Below are positions 41,460 through 53,910 of a stretch of DNA of 64,000 nucleotides, one piece after another (the first letter of the stretch is position 1; each line of letters starts with the position of its first letter). The position numbers were made by a program, and so were the translations under genes. The DNA is from Marsupella aquatica (lineage: Eukaryota > Plantae > Marchantiophyta): the NCBI GenBank assembly GCA_973895155.1, contig OZ316892.1, positions 4,920,510 through 4,984,509 of the forward strand, written 5' to 3'. The notes beneath the pieces were generated by a model. It did not search any database. It saw only the letters and a list, made by a program, of their open reading frames with translations, and was not told the origin of the DNA.

Positions 41460-42120
41460 GCTGCCTCAACATGTTCACTTCACCCCAAAATCTTTGCCTC
41501 AATGGAGTGTATATCTAAACTTGCCTCAACTTTTTTTCCTTCTCTTGCCTTGACATCTTTGCCTCACCTAAACATATCTTTCCTATCTCAAAATGTTTTT
41601 ATTTCCCTCTACATCTTTTGCTCACGTCACCATTTTCTCTCCTCAAAATCTTTTTTTCTCCTTGAAATCTTTTTCTCATCTGAGCAACATATTTAATTTC
41701 TCCTTGACATCTTTTCTCACCTTGACATATTTTCTCTCCCAACATCTTTTATCACCTCAAATGTTTTTGCTCATCTTGACATCTTTTGCTTTCCTTGGCA
41801 TATTTCTCTCCTCAAAATCTTTTTCTCATCTCAAAATCTTTTTTCTCTCTCCACATCTTTTCTCTCCTCAACATTGTTTGTTCACCTGGACATCTTTTTA
41901 CTCATGGACATGTTTGTCACCTTGACAACTTCTCTCCTCGACATCTTTTGATCTCCTCAACATTTTATGCTAACCTCAAATTTATTTTCTCTCTTTGACA
42001 TCTTTTATCACTTTGACATCTTTTGCTCACCTCGGCGTCTTTTATCACCTTGAAATCTATTGCTCACCTTGACATATTTTCTTCCCTCAACATCTTTTTC
42101 TCACTTCGACATCATTTCTC
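41460..42120. repeat. Degenerate ~20-bp tandem array (CTCACCTTGACATCTTTT-like)
   Basis: About 30 diverged units of the same motif as 13140-13290 and 14660-14890. Confidence 0.8.
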
Positions 42121-42140
42121 TAAATAAAACTACATGTTAC

Positions 42141-42467
42141 CTCACGGGGTCACAATATGGAGGGCCATACATCACGTGCGACGTTTTAGGGTTTGACCCC
42201 CCTAACTTATAAGTGAAAAATATTTTTTTGCAAAACCTTTTTTTTTAATAAATTTTGTCATTTTTTATTAAAAAACCCCTAAAAACTTTAAAGAAAGTAT
42301 GTTTTACCATTAAATAGGTCTGTGTGTTCTTTAAAGTTGACCAGTCAATAAAACATGCCCTATGTGTTCTTCCACCAAACTTTGGAAGTCTTCCTTCATA
42401 CCCATTTAAATGGGCCTATACTTCGTCGCACATGATGTGCCACTTCCGTGGAAGTGACCCCCCTGAG
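42141..42467. mobile_element. MITE (327 bp) with ~40-bp imperfect TIRs and 8-bp TSD
   Basis: CTCACGGGGTCAC...ACATCACGTGCGACG versus CGTCGCACATGATGT...GTGACCCCCCTGAG. TSD CATGTTAC at 42133-42140 and 42468-42475. Confidence 0.85.
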
Positions 42468-42889
42468 CATGTTACATTATGACCAGGAAAAATACTAACA
42501 AGTGCACAAGACTTGAAAAATAGTGCACATGTAGTACAGATTCTCACTTGCTTTAATGACACTCAAATGCAAGTAAAGTACAAAAGATCTTCCATTATCT
42601 TCCCTTGTCTTTGGTAATGACAATAAAAACCATAAGCTTAGCAAATACAATGAGGTGTATATATATACAAGCTTTTTATAGAAAAGGACCAAACAGACCG
42701 CCAAACAGAGTATAGAAGAACACACAAAAGAGGGTCCAAGTGGACAAAACCAAACGTAAAGAAGTGAGCAATAGGGATCCCGTAAAAACCAAGAAAGAGG
42801 AACTAAAACTAAGAAGTGAGCAATAGGGAACCCCTAAAAACCAAGAAAGATGAACTAAAACTAACCCAAACGGACTGAGGTTCTCATCA

Positions 42890-43290
42890 TTCCTAGCAAA
42901 TGTGGCAAAAAGCTAATGGTCCACATCAAGTGTCGAAACTAAATCGGCAAGTGGGATTGGAACGCTCTCTAGGGGAGCTAGCCGTTGCGGGGGCACACTA
43001 GCACCCATTGTAAGAAATTGATGATAGATGGCCCGAGCTTGAGCACGTTGTAAGGTGACTGAAATGCGTTGGCGAAAGTGCATGGTGAAAACAGATAGCA
43101 TGGGTCTGGTGGGACCCATGCGGCCGTGAACATCCCGGGTAGCTTGTCAAAGAAGCCCGTCAAACTGATGATGAAGACGCCCAAATATCTCAAAGAGCAA
43201 GGGGGAGGAAGCTATCAGATGAAGCTCATGCAACATATTTGGCCTCCTTCATTGTTGTCGTACGTGATGCTGCTGCCCTGCCATTGTTGC
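42890..43290 (-). mobile_element. Second decayed 3' fragment of a CRE-like (restriction-like endonuclease) non-LTR retrotransposon; decayed sequence probably extends to about 44340
   Basis: The minus strand gives GRAAASRTTTMKEAKY..*..SFLPL / FEIFGRLHHQFDGLL* ... HFRQRISVTLQRAQARAI, with stops and a frameshift. This is the RLE K..KY...F.P.A.E.FG...QR.SV.LQR signature. Confidence 0.65.
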
Positions 43291-44515
43291 CATTTTCCCA
43301 ACGATGCCATGGCGCAATGGTGACCTCGCCGGGGGGGGGGGGCTGGTGTGGTGGGAGAAAGGGTTTGGACAACCCGACAATATTCACCAGCCTAGGCTCG
43401 AGCCTAGGCTAAACAACAAGAGAGACAAAGGCATCTATGCTCTGGATGATAAGAGCGGCGACTTGGGTCTGGCAAAGCACGGGCGATAAAGGACCGGGCT
43501 CGAAGAAAGTACTCTTACTGAGGCTGCTCCCAATCCCCCCGTAGAGAACAATGGATACGAGGGGCAGTCTCATGGTGACCCACACGACCACCATAACTAG
43601 GGAGGGTAAGAGTCCACTGTGGAAAAAACATGAATAAAGTCTAGTAGGAGACCTCTATAGGATGCCCCAAGATAAGTTACATGAGTTGCAACAAGGAGGA
43701 CCAAACTAATGGGCGCAGCGCCACTAGGATGTGGTTATAAAGGCAAGATCTAATGTACCCTGGATGGTAAGCTGGAAGGGGGTCTAGAGTGCGAACCCAA
43801 CTCCATGCCTCCTTGGGAGCCTCCAAGGAGGGAGGGGCATAGCTAACAGGGTCAAGAGGGGGTTGAGGCTGGGATTGTGCTTGCTAGCGACGATCCCGAC
43901 AACGATGGCACCGGCCCCGCTTGCAATGATGAGGGAGGGAGATGCCAACCCATCCACAGTCAAGGCAAGTATGTAGGGAATGCTCTTCAGGGGAGGGAGC
44001 AAGGAAAGATTGGACGGGAGGTGGGGGTGGGACAGACATGGACAAAGAGGTCGGAGGAGGATGCTGGAGGGGGAACGGGGTGGGGAGAGGAGCCATGGCG
44101 ATGATGGGGTGGGCAGTAGATCGACTGGGGGGACTAGCAGAGCATTGGGCATGGGGTCATCACGAAGATGAAAGAGATCTAGTGAAGAAGAGCAAACACA
44201 AAAGTGACCACGATGGGGGGTGGGGAAGGAGGGGGGAGAAGTGTGTGGTGGGGCTTGGCGCTTGCCCCGCGCCAACACTCTCAACATAGACATGACAGGC
44301 CATGTCACCTGCTTATCAAACGATTTACACGACAAATATGTATTTACTCCTACTAAAATCGTTTGTTATCATATGACGGGAACGTGGAGGGACGCTATTA
44401 GGCTTCTATTGCATGTAGGATGAGTATGTTTATTTCCGCTCCCGGAAATGTAATTTTTGATCAAGTCCCATGGACTACGCCACACACACACTCCTACTGG
44501 TCGTTGGTGGAGTGC

Positions 44516-46783
44516 TGTCACCACCCCTCCTACTCACAGGGTTGACCAAACCGTGCAAGGATTCCTTAGACACTTCTTGGGAAAGAACACAATCTTGAAC
44601 TAGAAAAGATAACGCCACACCAAAACTTGAGGAATCAAACCAAATCCATATCTTTTAGAAACATGTCGTAACACATTGCAAGGACAACCCGGCCTCCTGC
44701 CGTCTGCCCAACTACTGCCGCACTGGGACAAGTGCTACACCTCTACCTCACTACTCTGGCTTGATTCCCTCTTCTGGCTATGAGCTAACTTCCCTAAGCA
44801 AACACTAGACTGAGTTCCCCCCCACTACTCCGGGGCTCTCCCCCTAAATACTCAGAACAACACACCAAAGCACCCCTCACGGAGTGGCAACAACGGCGGC
44901 AACCCTAGCGGCGCCGCCAAAAACATCTAAGAGATAAACTAACCTAAAGCGTGTGACACACACACGCTGTGAAAAACCCTAGCCCACTATGGTACCAACG
45001 GTGCCTTCGCCGGTACCAACCGTAATCATCCGTAGTCTCGGGGAAGTGAGGGGGCCACTCATGGTTGAAACCTCAAATATGTCCAACTACTCCCTTGAGG
45101 ACAGCCCTGGATAGCTCTGCTCCTCCTGATCACGAATCACCAAACCTCTCCCAAAACGGACGTCAAACGACCAAGTTATGGCCGTTTCAGTATCACTTAC
45201 TTACCAACTTCGTCGGGCCCTATCTTCCTCATCCTGGCTCCGTTTGAGGAGCGCCGCCTCTTGTTGGAATCAGCTCCGCGAGCTCTTTCCAACAAGCCCG
45301 TGAGTGCCCACTTCCAAATAAAATTCAAAGTCAAGAGGTCGTATGACCAAGTCCGTATGGCCACCCTAGTCCTCCTCCTCACTCACTCACGGTGCCATGG
45401 CTTGAGCCCCGTGAGTTGGTCTCCTCATCAGTCCTCCTCCTCCCTCACTCACGGTGCCATGGCTTGAGCCCTGCGAGTTGGTCTCCTCATCAGTCCTCCT
45501 CCTCCTCACTCACGGTGCCTTGGCTTGAGTCCCGATCCTCCTGTTCGCCACCACCGGTTCGTTGTAAAAGGAGGGGGCCCCTATAATTGTCGAAACTAAA
45601 ATTTTCTCAGAATTCACTTCTGAAAACATATCTGAGGAGCCCTCCTCTTCCTGATCACGGCTCCATAAATGGTGCACAAAATGGAGGTCAAACGACCAAG
45701 ATATGATTGTTTAAGTTTTTATGGGGCACCGTCTCCCTTCATTTCGTCCGTACAACACGTTTCCCCCGGCTTTGCAAAACACGGATCACGGTTTCCCCGT
45801 ATGTGCTACTACCTCCTCCTTCCCTTGCAAAGCCAGGACCTCCTTCCGTACGGCCTCAAAACCCTAGTATTTTCAAAAAACGCGATTTGTCGTATCTCCC
45901 CCGTCTTAGTTCCGTTTCGGCCATGTGACACATCGTTGGATTCAGCTCAGCGAGCTCTTTCCAACAAGCCCATAGACTCCTGATTTTGAGATGGTCAAAA
46001 ATCTGTTGTTCGTACAACCAGGGTCCGTACACACGTTGAAAGCAAGCACAAGAGGGAAAGGGTTTAGGGTTTAGGTATGGATGGAAACCCCACAAGTGAG
46101 AATAGAGAAAAAGGGAAGGAAGAAAGTGTGAGGGCCCCTTCTACGGTGGCCCTTCTACGGTGGGGAAGGGAAAGAGAGCAAAAAAACATGTGAGGACCAC
46201 ACTAGGGTGAAGGGGAACACAAGTGTGGGAACCCCTTCCTTCTAAGGGCCCTCCCACCATCACTACTCCAAGATTGTCTAGTTTGCCGTTTTACGGGCGT
46301 TGAGGTCCCTCAAGATGTCACTGTTTGATATAGACCTAAAATCAACTAGAGAACCTCATTTTCGCATGGGGCTCATTGAGGGCTTCAAAATGAATCCAAA
46401 CATGACCATGTTTGGAATAGTACTAGCGCAGAAACGTCTGTTTTAAGTTTCAACGTTTTCTATATTTTGGTCATTCTTCCCGTTTTGCGCCTTATGTGGA
46501 GCCTCAGACCAGCCCCCACCCTTCTAAGATGCCCACACCTTGGCTCCAAGTCCTTGGGCTGCCTTGTGGCCTCCTTGTGCCCCCTCAATGGTTCCCTTGT
46601 CATACATCACCGCCCGACACCCCTCTCAACTTCGGCCTCTGGTTGTCGCATCCATTTATTAGAACTAACAAAAATAAAAAATTTGAAAATCCAAACACTT
46701 TTACTACACCTACTTGTCTTTCTACTTATATATGCAATTATAAGTCATCACTAAGTTACTACCGGGTTTGGGGCCCTGTCACA
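44516..46783 (-). mobile_element. 3' LTR (~2.3 kb) of a Ty3/Gypsy retrotransposon
   Basis: On the minus strand, the integrase stop is followed by a polypurine tract AAGAGGGGAG and then TGTGACA (46783). The putative end ...GGGGTGGTGACA at 44516 is less certain. Internal ~59-bp tandem repeats at 45370-45530. Confidence 0.7.
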
Positions 46784-46798
46784 TAGCTCCCCTCTTAA

Positions 46799-49098
46799 TT
46801 ACGAAGCGCCCCCGCGAGCACCATACTCCTCCTTTGTGTAGTACTTCTTTAGGCGTTCTTGATTGATCTGTGTGTTGAGTAGTTGCCCTTCCAGCGTTTT
46901 GAGCTGAACCGATCCGTTGGAGTAGACCGCATCGACTAAGTAGGGCCCCATCCAACGTGTATGCAACTTCCCGGGGAAATGCATGAAACGGCTGTCGTAG
47001 AGGAGCACCAAATCCCCCTCTTCAATGGACACACGGCGGAGCCGGGAATCGTAGTGCAACTTTTGTTTGCCTTGTTGTTGCTCCGTGCGCGTCAAAGCCT
47101 CCTCTCTTACCTCCGTAAGTTGCTCCAACTGTTGGATCCGTGTAGCTACACTACTTTCTTCCCCTTCCCTTTCCCGTGTCAAGATTCGAATGGTGGGCAC
47201 CTCAAATTCCACCGACACAAGAGAATGTTGACCAAACACAAGGAAGTAGGGGCTGTGGCCAGTGGTGGTCCTGTGAGCCAGGTTGTAGGCGTAAGTGGCA
47301 GCCAGCAACTTCAAATCCCAATATGTCTTGTGAGCTGACACCGTCTTGTTGAGAATCTTGCCCATGATCCCGTTTGCTCTCTCAGTGAGCACGTTGGCTC
47401 GTGGATGGTACGGGGTGGTCTTCCTATGGGAGACCAAGTAGTTCTCCGTTAGACGCTCGATTGTATGATTGAGAAAATGAGTACCCCTGTCACTTACCAG
47501 CTCCAAGGGTGGGCCAAACCGTGTAAAAATCTGCTCATACAAAAAACGTGTCGTGGTGTTGGCATCATCTTTTGCAGTCGCTCGGGCCTCCACCCACTTG
47601 GTAGCGTAGTCCGTAGCTAGGATGATATACCGCTTCCTTCCCCTCCGTGTGATGGGAGTGAACGGACCAATGAAGTCCACTCCCCACTTCTCAAATGGGG
47701 CAAGAGGGAGGATTGGCACCAATGGATGTCGTGAGGAGGGGCCAGGTTTCCCTTGGCGTTGGCAGGGGTCACATCTCTGGATGTACCGGTGCACATCCCG
47801 AAAAAGAGTTGGCCACCAATATCCCGCATCCAGTATCTTTCTCGCAGTTGTCTCCCGAGCAAAGTGACCTCCTGCTTCCTCATGTAGTGTTGCCATGACG
47901 GTACGTATCTCAGCTTCCTCCAAACAAAGACGAAGACGGCCATCCATGCCGTACTTGTGTAGTACTCCTTTCACAAGCAAGTAGGGACCCGTCTTACGTA
48001 AAAATACTGCTGCACGTTCCGGACCTAACCGTAATGGAACCTTAGCCGTACGGAGAAATTCAAAAATTTCTCCATACCAAGTAGTGGCCTCCGTAGTCAC
48101 CCTGAAGACTTCTTCATCGGGAAAACGATCATCAATCTCTTGAGAATCAGATGCTCCCTCAATACGGGAGAAGAAGTCAGCATTGCTGTGACTCTTCTCG
48201 GATCTCACCCTCACCTCATAGTTGAACTCCTACAATAATAGGACCCAACGTGCAATTCTCCCCGACAAGTCTGGCTTGTTGACCATGTACTTCAAACTAT
48301 TGTGATCCGTGTGGAACACAACCTTGTAACCCAACAAATAATGACGATACTTCTTACAAGCATAAATGATACCAAGAGCCTCCCTATCGGTGGGTGAGTA
48401 GTTTTTCTCTGCCGGGGCCAACTGCCTACTGGCAAAGTAAATGGGATGATCCCTCCCATCATCATCCAACTGACTCAAGATGGCACCGATGCAAAACCCT
48501 GATACGTCTACGTAAACATGGAACTCCTTATTCCAATTAGGCGTAATGAGTACGGGAGCCTCTAGCAAACGTTTCTTCAATTCATCAAAAGCAGCATGTC
48601 GGGAAGGAGTAGGTTTAAATTCACTTCCCTTCTTCAACATGGATATGAGTGGCATGGCTACCTTGGCAAAGTCCTTGATGAAGCGTCGGTAGTAGCCAAC
48701 GCACCCCAAGAACCCTCTCACTTCTTTCACATTTTTGGGAAATGAGACTGCTACCCACACGGCTACCTTCTCACGATCAACTTCAATTCCACAAGCCGAC
48801 ACCTTGTGGCCCAATAGTGTCCCCTCCTCAATTCCAAAGAAACATTTCTCAGGATGTAGCTTCAAGCAAGTCTCCCGGCATCGCTGAAAAGTCAACCGTA
48901 AATGTTCAGGGTGCTTGATTCGTTTGCCGTAGACAGCGAAGTCGTCAATAAAGATTTCCAAGAACCTCCGCAAAAAGTCATGAAATATATTCATCATGAG
49001 TCGCTGAAACATGCCAGGGGCATTGCACAACCCAAAAGGCATTCGACGGAATGCAAAAATCCCCCACTCCGTAGTGAAAGCCGTCTTGAGTTGATCCT
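46799..49098 (-). mobile_element. Ty3/Gypsy pol (RT-RNase H-integrase), non-chromovirus type, 5'-truncated, one in-frame stop
   Basis: DQLKTAFTT..MPFGLCNAP..FIDDF (RT); FHVYVDVSG..YSPTDREALG..FHTDH (RNase H); TAG at 48232-48230 in place of the expected Gln; integrase H-H-C-C, WGVDFIGP, SDRGTHF, ERAN, KLHTRWMGPY. No chromodomain. Confidence 0.95.
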
Positions 49099-51060
49099 CA
49101 CTAGTACATTTTCAGCGTTTTTCTGATGCTCCGATATCGCGCCTCGTCACTCTTCTGATACTAATACCGTCGCACAGTTCCGATATTTTATCTTACGCAA
49201 TTTGCCATTATTTTTACATCGCATATTATTTTTCCGATACAAAAGCCATCGGTCCCTATTTCCGTTATTTTTGGCATCGGAAGTGTTCTGATGCGGACAG
49301 GATCGGAAATATCTCCGATAACTTTCATGAGGGGTCCGATGCAGATTGAATCGGATATTGCCACAATTGTAAGGCACTATGTTTCCGAGTACTTTCCATT
49401 GGTCACTACATCGGACAGAGTGTGGGAAAACCAACATTCATAAGTTTATTAAGAAATGTGGTCACTCTCATAGGAGAGGGTACATGAAATAAAACAATCA
49501 TAAAAATAATGTCGGTAACAGTAAACATTCAGAGGTGGTCCTATTTGATTGGTCCCAAGGTACACTAGCAAGGACCTCAAGGCTCAGGGTCCAAATCTTC
49601 TACTACAACTACATTGGGTCGCTCCTGGACTATGGATCGTGATCGTGGAATATAACTCATGACAATGGACCACTCAGGATCATCGGGATAGGCAAGATAG
49701 AAGGCCTGCTCAAGCGAGTGCTCAAGATGATGGGGGAATGCAAATGGATCAGAGGTTCTCCAAGTTGAGCTAATGACACTATTTGCACCTGTCTTCAACC
49801 GTGTGAACCCACAAGCATCTTCTTCGCAAGTTCGGTTTTGGCCAACAAGGTTCATCCGAAACCATTTGCACTTCAACACCACCTCCTCCAAAGTGGTGTG
49901 CGCATGGTACTTCACACTCAATATCTCTTCAATCTTTCCATAGTGGGCCACCATAGAGCGTATTGGATTCCTATCAGATATGCTACTTTGTGAATCTTGG
50001 GTGAACCAACCCATGACCCCACAATCTTGTGTAGCTGCCCTCTTGTCATCAAGTCGTTGCAGTCATCAAGTCGTTGCACACAAAAATGTCTTTCCTTTGA
50101 CCACATGGCTGTCCGAGTTGTCACCGTAAGTAATGGTCCATGAACCAAGGTGCGAAGACTGTCTGTAACCAAAGGGAAGTCTGACACACTCTCCCCTTGC
50201 TCCAACAAGGCATCAATCTCTATCAACTTTTCCCTCATGTATGGGACAAACTTGGGGAAGTTGCATGGCCGACGACTATTTGCCTTTTCCTCCTCATAAA
50301 AAGTTGTCCAATCTCCCACAATCTCAGGCGAGTTATACAACATAATGTAGTAAGTTGAAGACACTCAGTTGAGCCCATAAGTCGTTCTCCCTTTGCCCCT
50401 GTGAGACGGTCATCCTCAAAGTCTGCTTCCCTTGATGCCTCGTCTATCCAGCCCCTTGGAGCTCTGGGATCAAGTGTAGCTACAATGTTTGTACAATAAA
50501 ACATCCTCTCTGCTCCAAGATGACGCTTAGCAATGCTACCTTCCACTCTTGCACGATTTGACACATATGACTTCATCACTCCTATATACCGCTCTACCCA
50601 GTACATCCAACGACAATGTACCGGCCCTGCAATCGCAACCTCACGCACTAGGTGGAGGAGGAAGTGAACTTGACCATCAAAGAATGAAGGAGGGAGTGCC
50701 CTCTCCAACTTGCACAATACCTCCACTCCAAAAAGGTCCATTGCTGCAATCTGATCCTCATTCACCTCTTTCTGACACACCCACCTCAAGAGCTTACCTA
50801 ATGACCATAGGGCATCTCGAAGATCCTCACTACCCAATCCAATAATTGCAACTGGAATGACATGTTCGAGTAACCGATGAAAATCATGTGTTTTCAGGTA
50901 AGATGGCCATTTTGGAGAATCATCACCCCCAAATGCCTTACAAAGATTGGCACCATAACCTGTGGGAAACCTCATTGACCCTATACGTTTGCGAAACTCA
51001 GTCCGCTCACCTCTGGTCAATACCCAAGGAGGGTGAATAGTCAGGGGGCACCTTGCCAAA
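49099..51060 (-). mobile_element. CACTA/EnSpm transposon, one end plus decayed transposase C-terminal region (DUF4218/DUF4216-like)
   Basis: CACTAGTACATTTT starts exactly where the Gypsy RT is cut, followed by TCCGA/TCGGA subterminal repeats. ORFs contain LKTHDFH..LPPSFFD..HLVRE..GPVHCRWMYWVER..NRARVEGSIA and HYGKIEEIL..LKCKWF..DPF..QAFY. Frameshifts include a 17-bp duplication near 50045-50078. Confidence 0.9.
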
Positions 51061-51299
51061 ATTGAAGAAGAAAAGGCGACAACCAATCAGAGGAGAAGTG
51101 ACGGTAAAGATCCTACCACCAGTGGAGACCGAGCTGCTATAACTCCCAAAGATGTCAAAATGCAAAATGCATGGCCTTCCCAAAGCACCCTAAAAACAAA
51201 GGGCCACCAAAGCTCCCTGAATACACAGGAACGCGCCACAGCGATGCAAATCAAACTGCGAAAAACCGAATCGCCAATCGCACAAAAAGTTTGAAGAAA

Positions 51300-51860
51300 T
51301 GACAAAACGTAAATTAGACGTAACTTGCTCATACGTTGACCGTTTGGGGCACAACTCATATTGATCTTCACCTCCTCGCCAAGAGCTTTCCAAATGCATC
51401 AAGAAATCCCAAATCTGAGCCTCATGGGGAAAGTTACCACCCAAATCAAGTCACAAAAACACCCAAATCGCCAAACGTGCAGAAACTGTGAAAAAAACAA
51501 CGAAACCTAAAATAATCCGATATAATTTGCTCATACGTTGACCGTTTGGGGCACAATTCATATTGATCTTCACCACCTCACCAAGAGCTTTCCAAATACG
51601 TCAAGAACTCCTAAACCCAAGACACATGGAGAAAGTTACAACCCAAATCGAGTCATGAAAATGCCCAAATTGCCGCGCAAAAAATGTGAAAAAAATGGCG
51701 AAACCTAAATCTGATGTAACTCGCTCATAGGGTGACCATTTGGGGCACAATTCATATCGATCTTCACCGCCTCACCAAGAGCTTTCCTAATATGTCAAGA
51801 ACTCCCAAATCCGAGACCCATGGAGAAAGTTATGACCCCAATTCAGGTCGCAAAAAAGCC
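51300..51860. repeat. ~200-bp tandem repeat, about 3 diverged copies (TE-associated)
   Basis: gctcata.g.tgacc.tttggggcacaa.tcatat.gatcttcacc..ctc.ccaagagctttcc recurs near 51328, 51529 and 51723. Confidence 0.85.
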
Positions 51861-52997
51861 TACCGTTGTGAGTGTCTATCGATGTGAGTTTTAGTCGCGG
51901 AACTCGACTACCTTATGGTCTAGGCTGAGCTCCCTTATGGTCCAGGCCCGGATACGCCATCCGGGGAGGACTTAGCATGGGGAGACTTGCGGGCAATGAG
52001 ACGTGGCACTAGCGAGGCAAGGAGCCAAGCTTGGGGACAAATACTAAGGACTTGGACTAGCTGATAGCTGGTCGGGTCAAGGGGAATGGGCCGGGCTCAA
52101 GGATGGTCGTCTGGACCTCCGGATGGACATTGAGTTCTGAGGGCTTGAGTGTGAGCTCCTCTTGGGCCCAAGGCCAATGGAGTTGACGCCATGGGCAACA
52201 AACGCTTGGGGCGCAAGTTACGGCCCGATCCGGGTTGGGCCAGTCGGGGGCCCCGAGCGACGATGAGACCTGAGGGCCTAGGCATGAGCACTGAGTCGGC
52301 CCGATCACAACGGGCTAAGGCACTCCGCTTGCAGATGCCTAACGAGAAAGTTATGGACATTGCCAGTTGATGGCGCGCCCATTATGCACAGTAGGATCCG
52401 GGTTGCGGGCCAAATGTTTAGGGACCAAAGCTGGTCCGGGGGTGGCAGGTCTCCAGAAGCATATATGAGGGGAGTGGTGTCTCCTTGGGGGCCAAGGGCG
52501 AGCCGAAGTCGTGAGCCACGGCGGTCGTGACACTAAGGGAAACCGCCAAACAGAAACGACAATATCTTCCCAACGGGAAATCCGTTGGAGGAATTCTTGG
52601 GTGCGTTGAAAAGCTCAAGGTATTCCGTGGAGGCATTCCGGCACCAGGGGCACTTAGGCGTGAGTGCTGGGATTGGTGAGGGCACTAGATGGCAAGGTCC
52701 ATCACTGTTTCTTTCAAAACTCACTATTGAACTCGTTTCTTTACGGGAGTCTAACGCCCCATGGGGGGTGCACTTTAAAGCACGAGGAGTCTACTCCCCA
52801 AAGTATCAATTTTCTCTCATTCACTAGAATTGGCAGAATTTCAGTAAAATATGTTAAAGGGGGTCAATGCACCATATTGAAAACTAAATGTAGTGTGGAA
52901 TGAGAATCCTACCCTAGCGTAGGAAGACAAAAAAAAACAATCTAATATAAGCAATATGTACACCTTTTTAAGGCACATTATAGTGGATTGACAATAC

Positions 52998-53069
52998 AGC
53001 AGTCTCCAATTATAGACTGACATTCAAGTCCAAAGCAGTCTCCAATTATAGACTGACATTCAAGTCCAA
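52998..53069. repeat. 36-bp tandem duplication
   Basis: agcagtctccaattatagactgacattcaagtccaa occurs twice. Confidence 0.9.
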
Positions 53070-53548
53070 TTCCGATGACAGTAACATCTTGAATAGAATG
53101 GAAATGAAAGAAGTGACAAAAGCACAGAAAAGGGTACACGAAACCAGTGGGGCGAAGACAGAGTGTTTAGACATGTGTTCACATCCTATTAGTGAAAATC
53201 TGGAATCGTTGCCTTTATGCATGGTCAACGCAGGGACGTAGTTACTGTACCATTATACGAGGGACTTTTGCCCTGTATTCCAGGGCTCGTTGATGTACCT
53301 CCCATCCGACAAGTTTAGTAGACAACATATACAACTAATTTTGGCAAATTGCAAAATGCACTAAATATCTTCTTCTTTTCTCCTTATTTATTAATACACA
53401 AGTCATACGATGTAAACAAGACCTTATTAATAAATCCCGAACACAAGGGCTATGGTCCAACTGTGAAGTCCCTAGACAATATCGGACTTGACAAAATTGG
53501 ACTCTAAACAAAGAAAAGGGGATGTGGTAAATACAAACGGGAGGTAAC

Positions 53549-53910
53549 ATATGAACCTGTTAGCGGAAACCTGGGTTCACATTGGAACCCAAAGCCTGCC
53601 ACGAACTTCATTGAGGGCCGATGAGAAAAGGGTGAGAGTGAAATTTCACAAAGTAACAAAGCATTTTAACTCATTATATACGTTTTTGACTTTTCTACAC
53701 CCCAAGTAGTATCTAGTTGGTTAGAGTGTCTGGCTGGGAGTCATAAGGTGCTGAGTTCAACTCTTGCTTTGAACTCAGCTCCTGTCAACACAGAGATAGT
53801 AGGTTTTGTGGTATTAAATGCAAGTACTGACTCTAGATTGAAAAAGAATATTTAACACTTTTGAGGGTGGAAGTTTTTTGGGGGAACCCGGTTCCCCAGC
53901 AGGTTCATAT
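53549..53910. mobile_element. MITE-like element (~360 bp) containing a tRNA-like segment
   Basis: Imperfect ~28-bp TIR ATATGAACCTGTTAGCGGAAACCTGGGTTC / GAACCCGGTTCCCCAGCAGGTTCATAT. Confidence 0.7.
53700..53772 (+). pseudogene. Degenerate tRNA-like sequence (SINE head or tRNA pseudogene)
   Basis: A-box-like TATCTAGTTGGTTAGAG, anticodon-arm-like TCTGGCTGGGAGTCATA and B-box-like GAGTTCAACTC at tRNA spacing. The acceptor stem does not pair well. Confidence 0.5.

Noticed and set aside
43784-44335. 183-aa Pro/Leu-rich minus-strand ORF
   Set aside because: Low-complexity, C-rich decayed retroelement-like sequence with no identifiable domain.
48214-48232. Stop between RNase H and integrase as programmed readthrough
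   Set aside because: TAG sits where the conserved Gln (CAG) of LLLQEF is expected. A C-to-T decay mutation in a truncated element is the simpler explanation.
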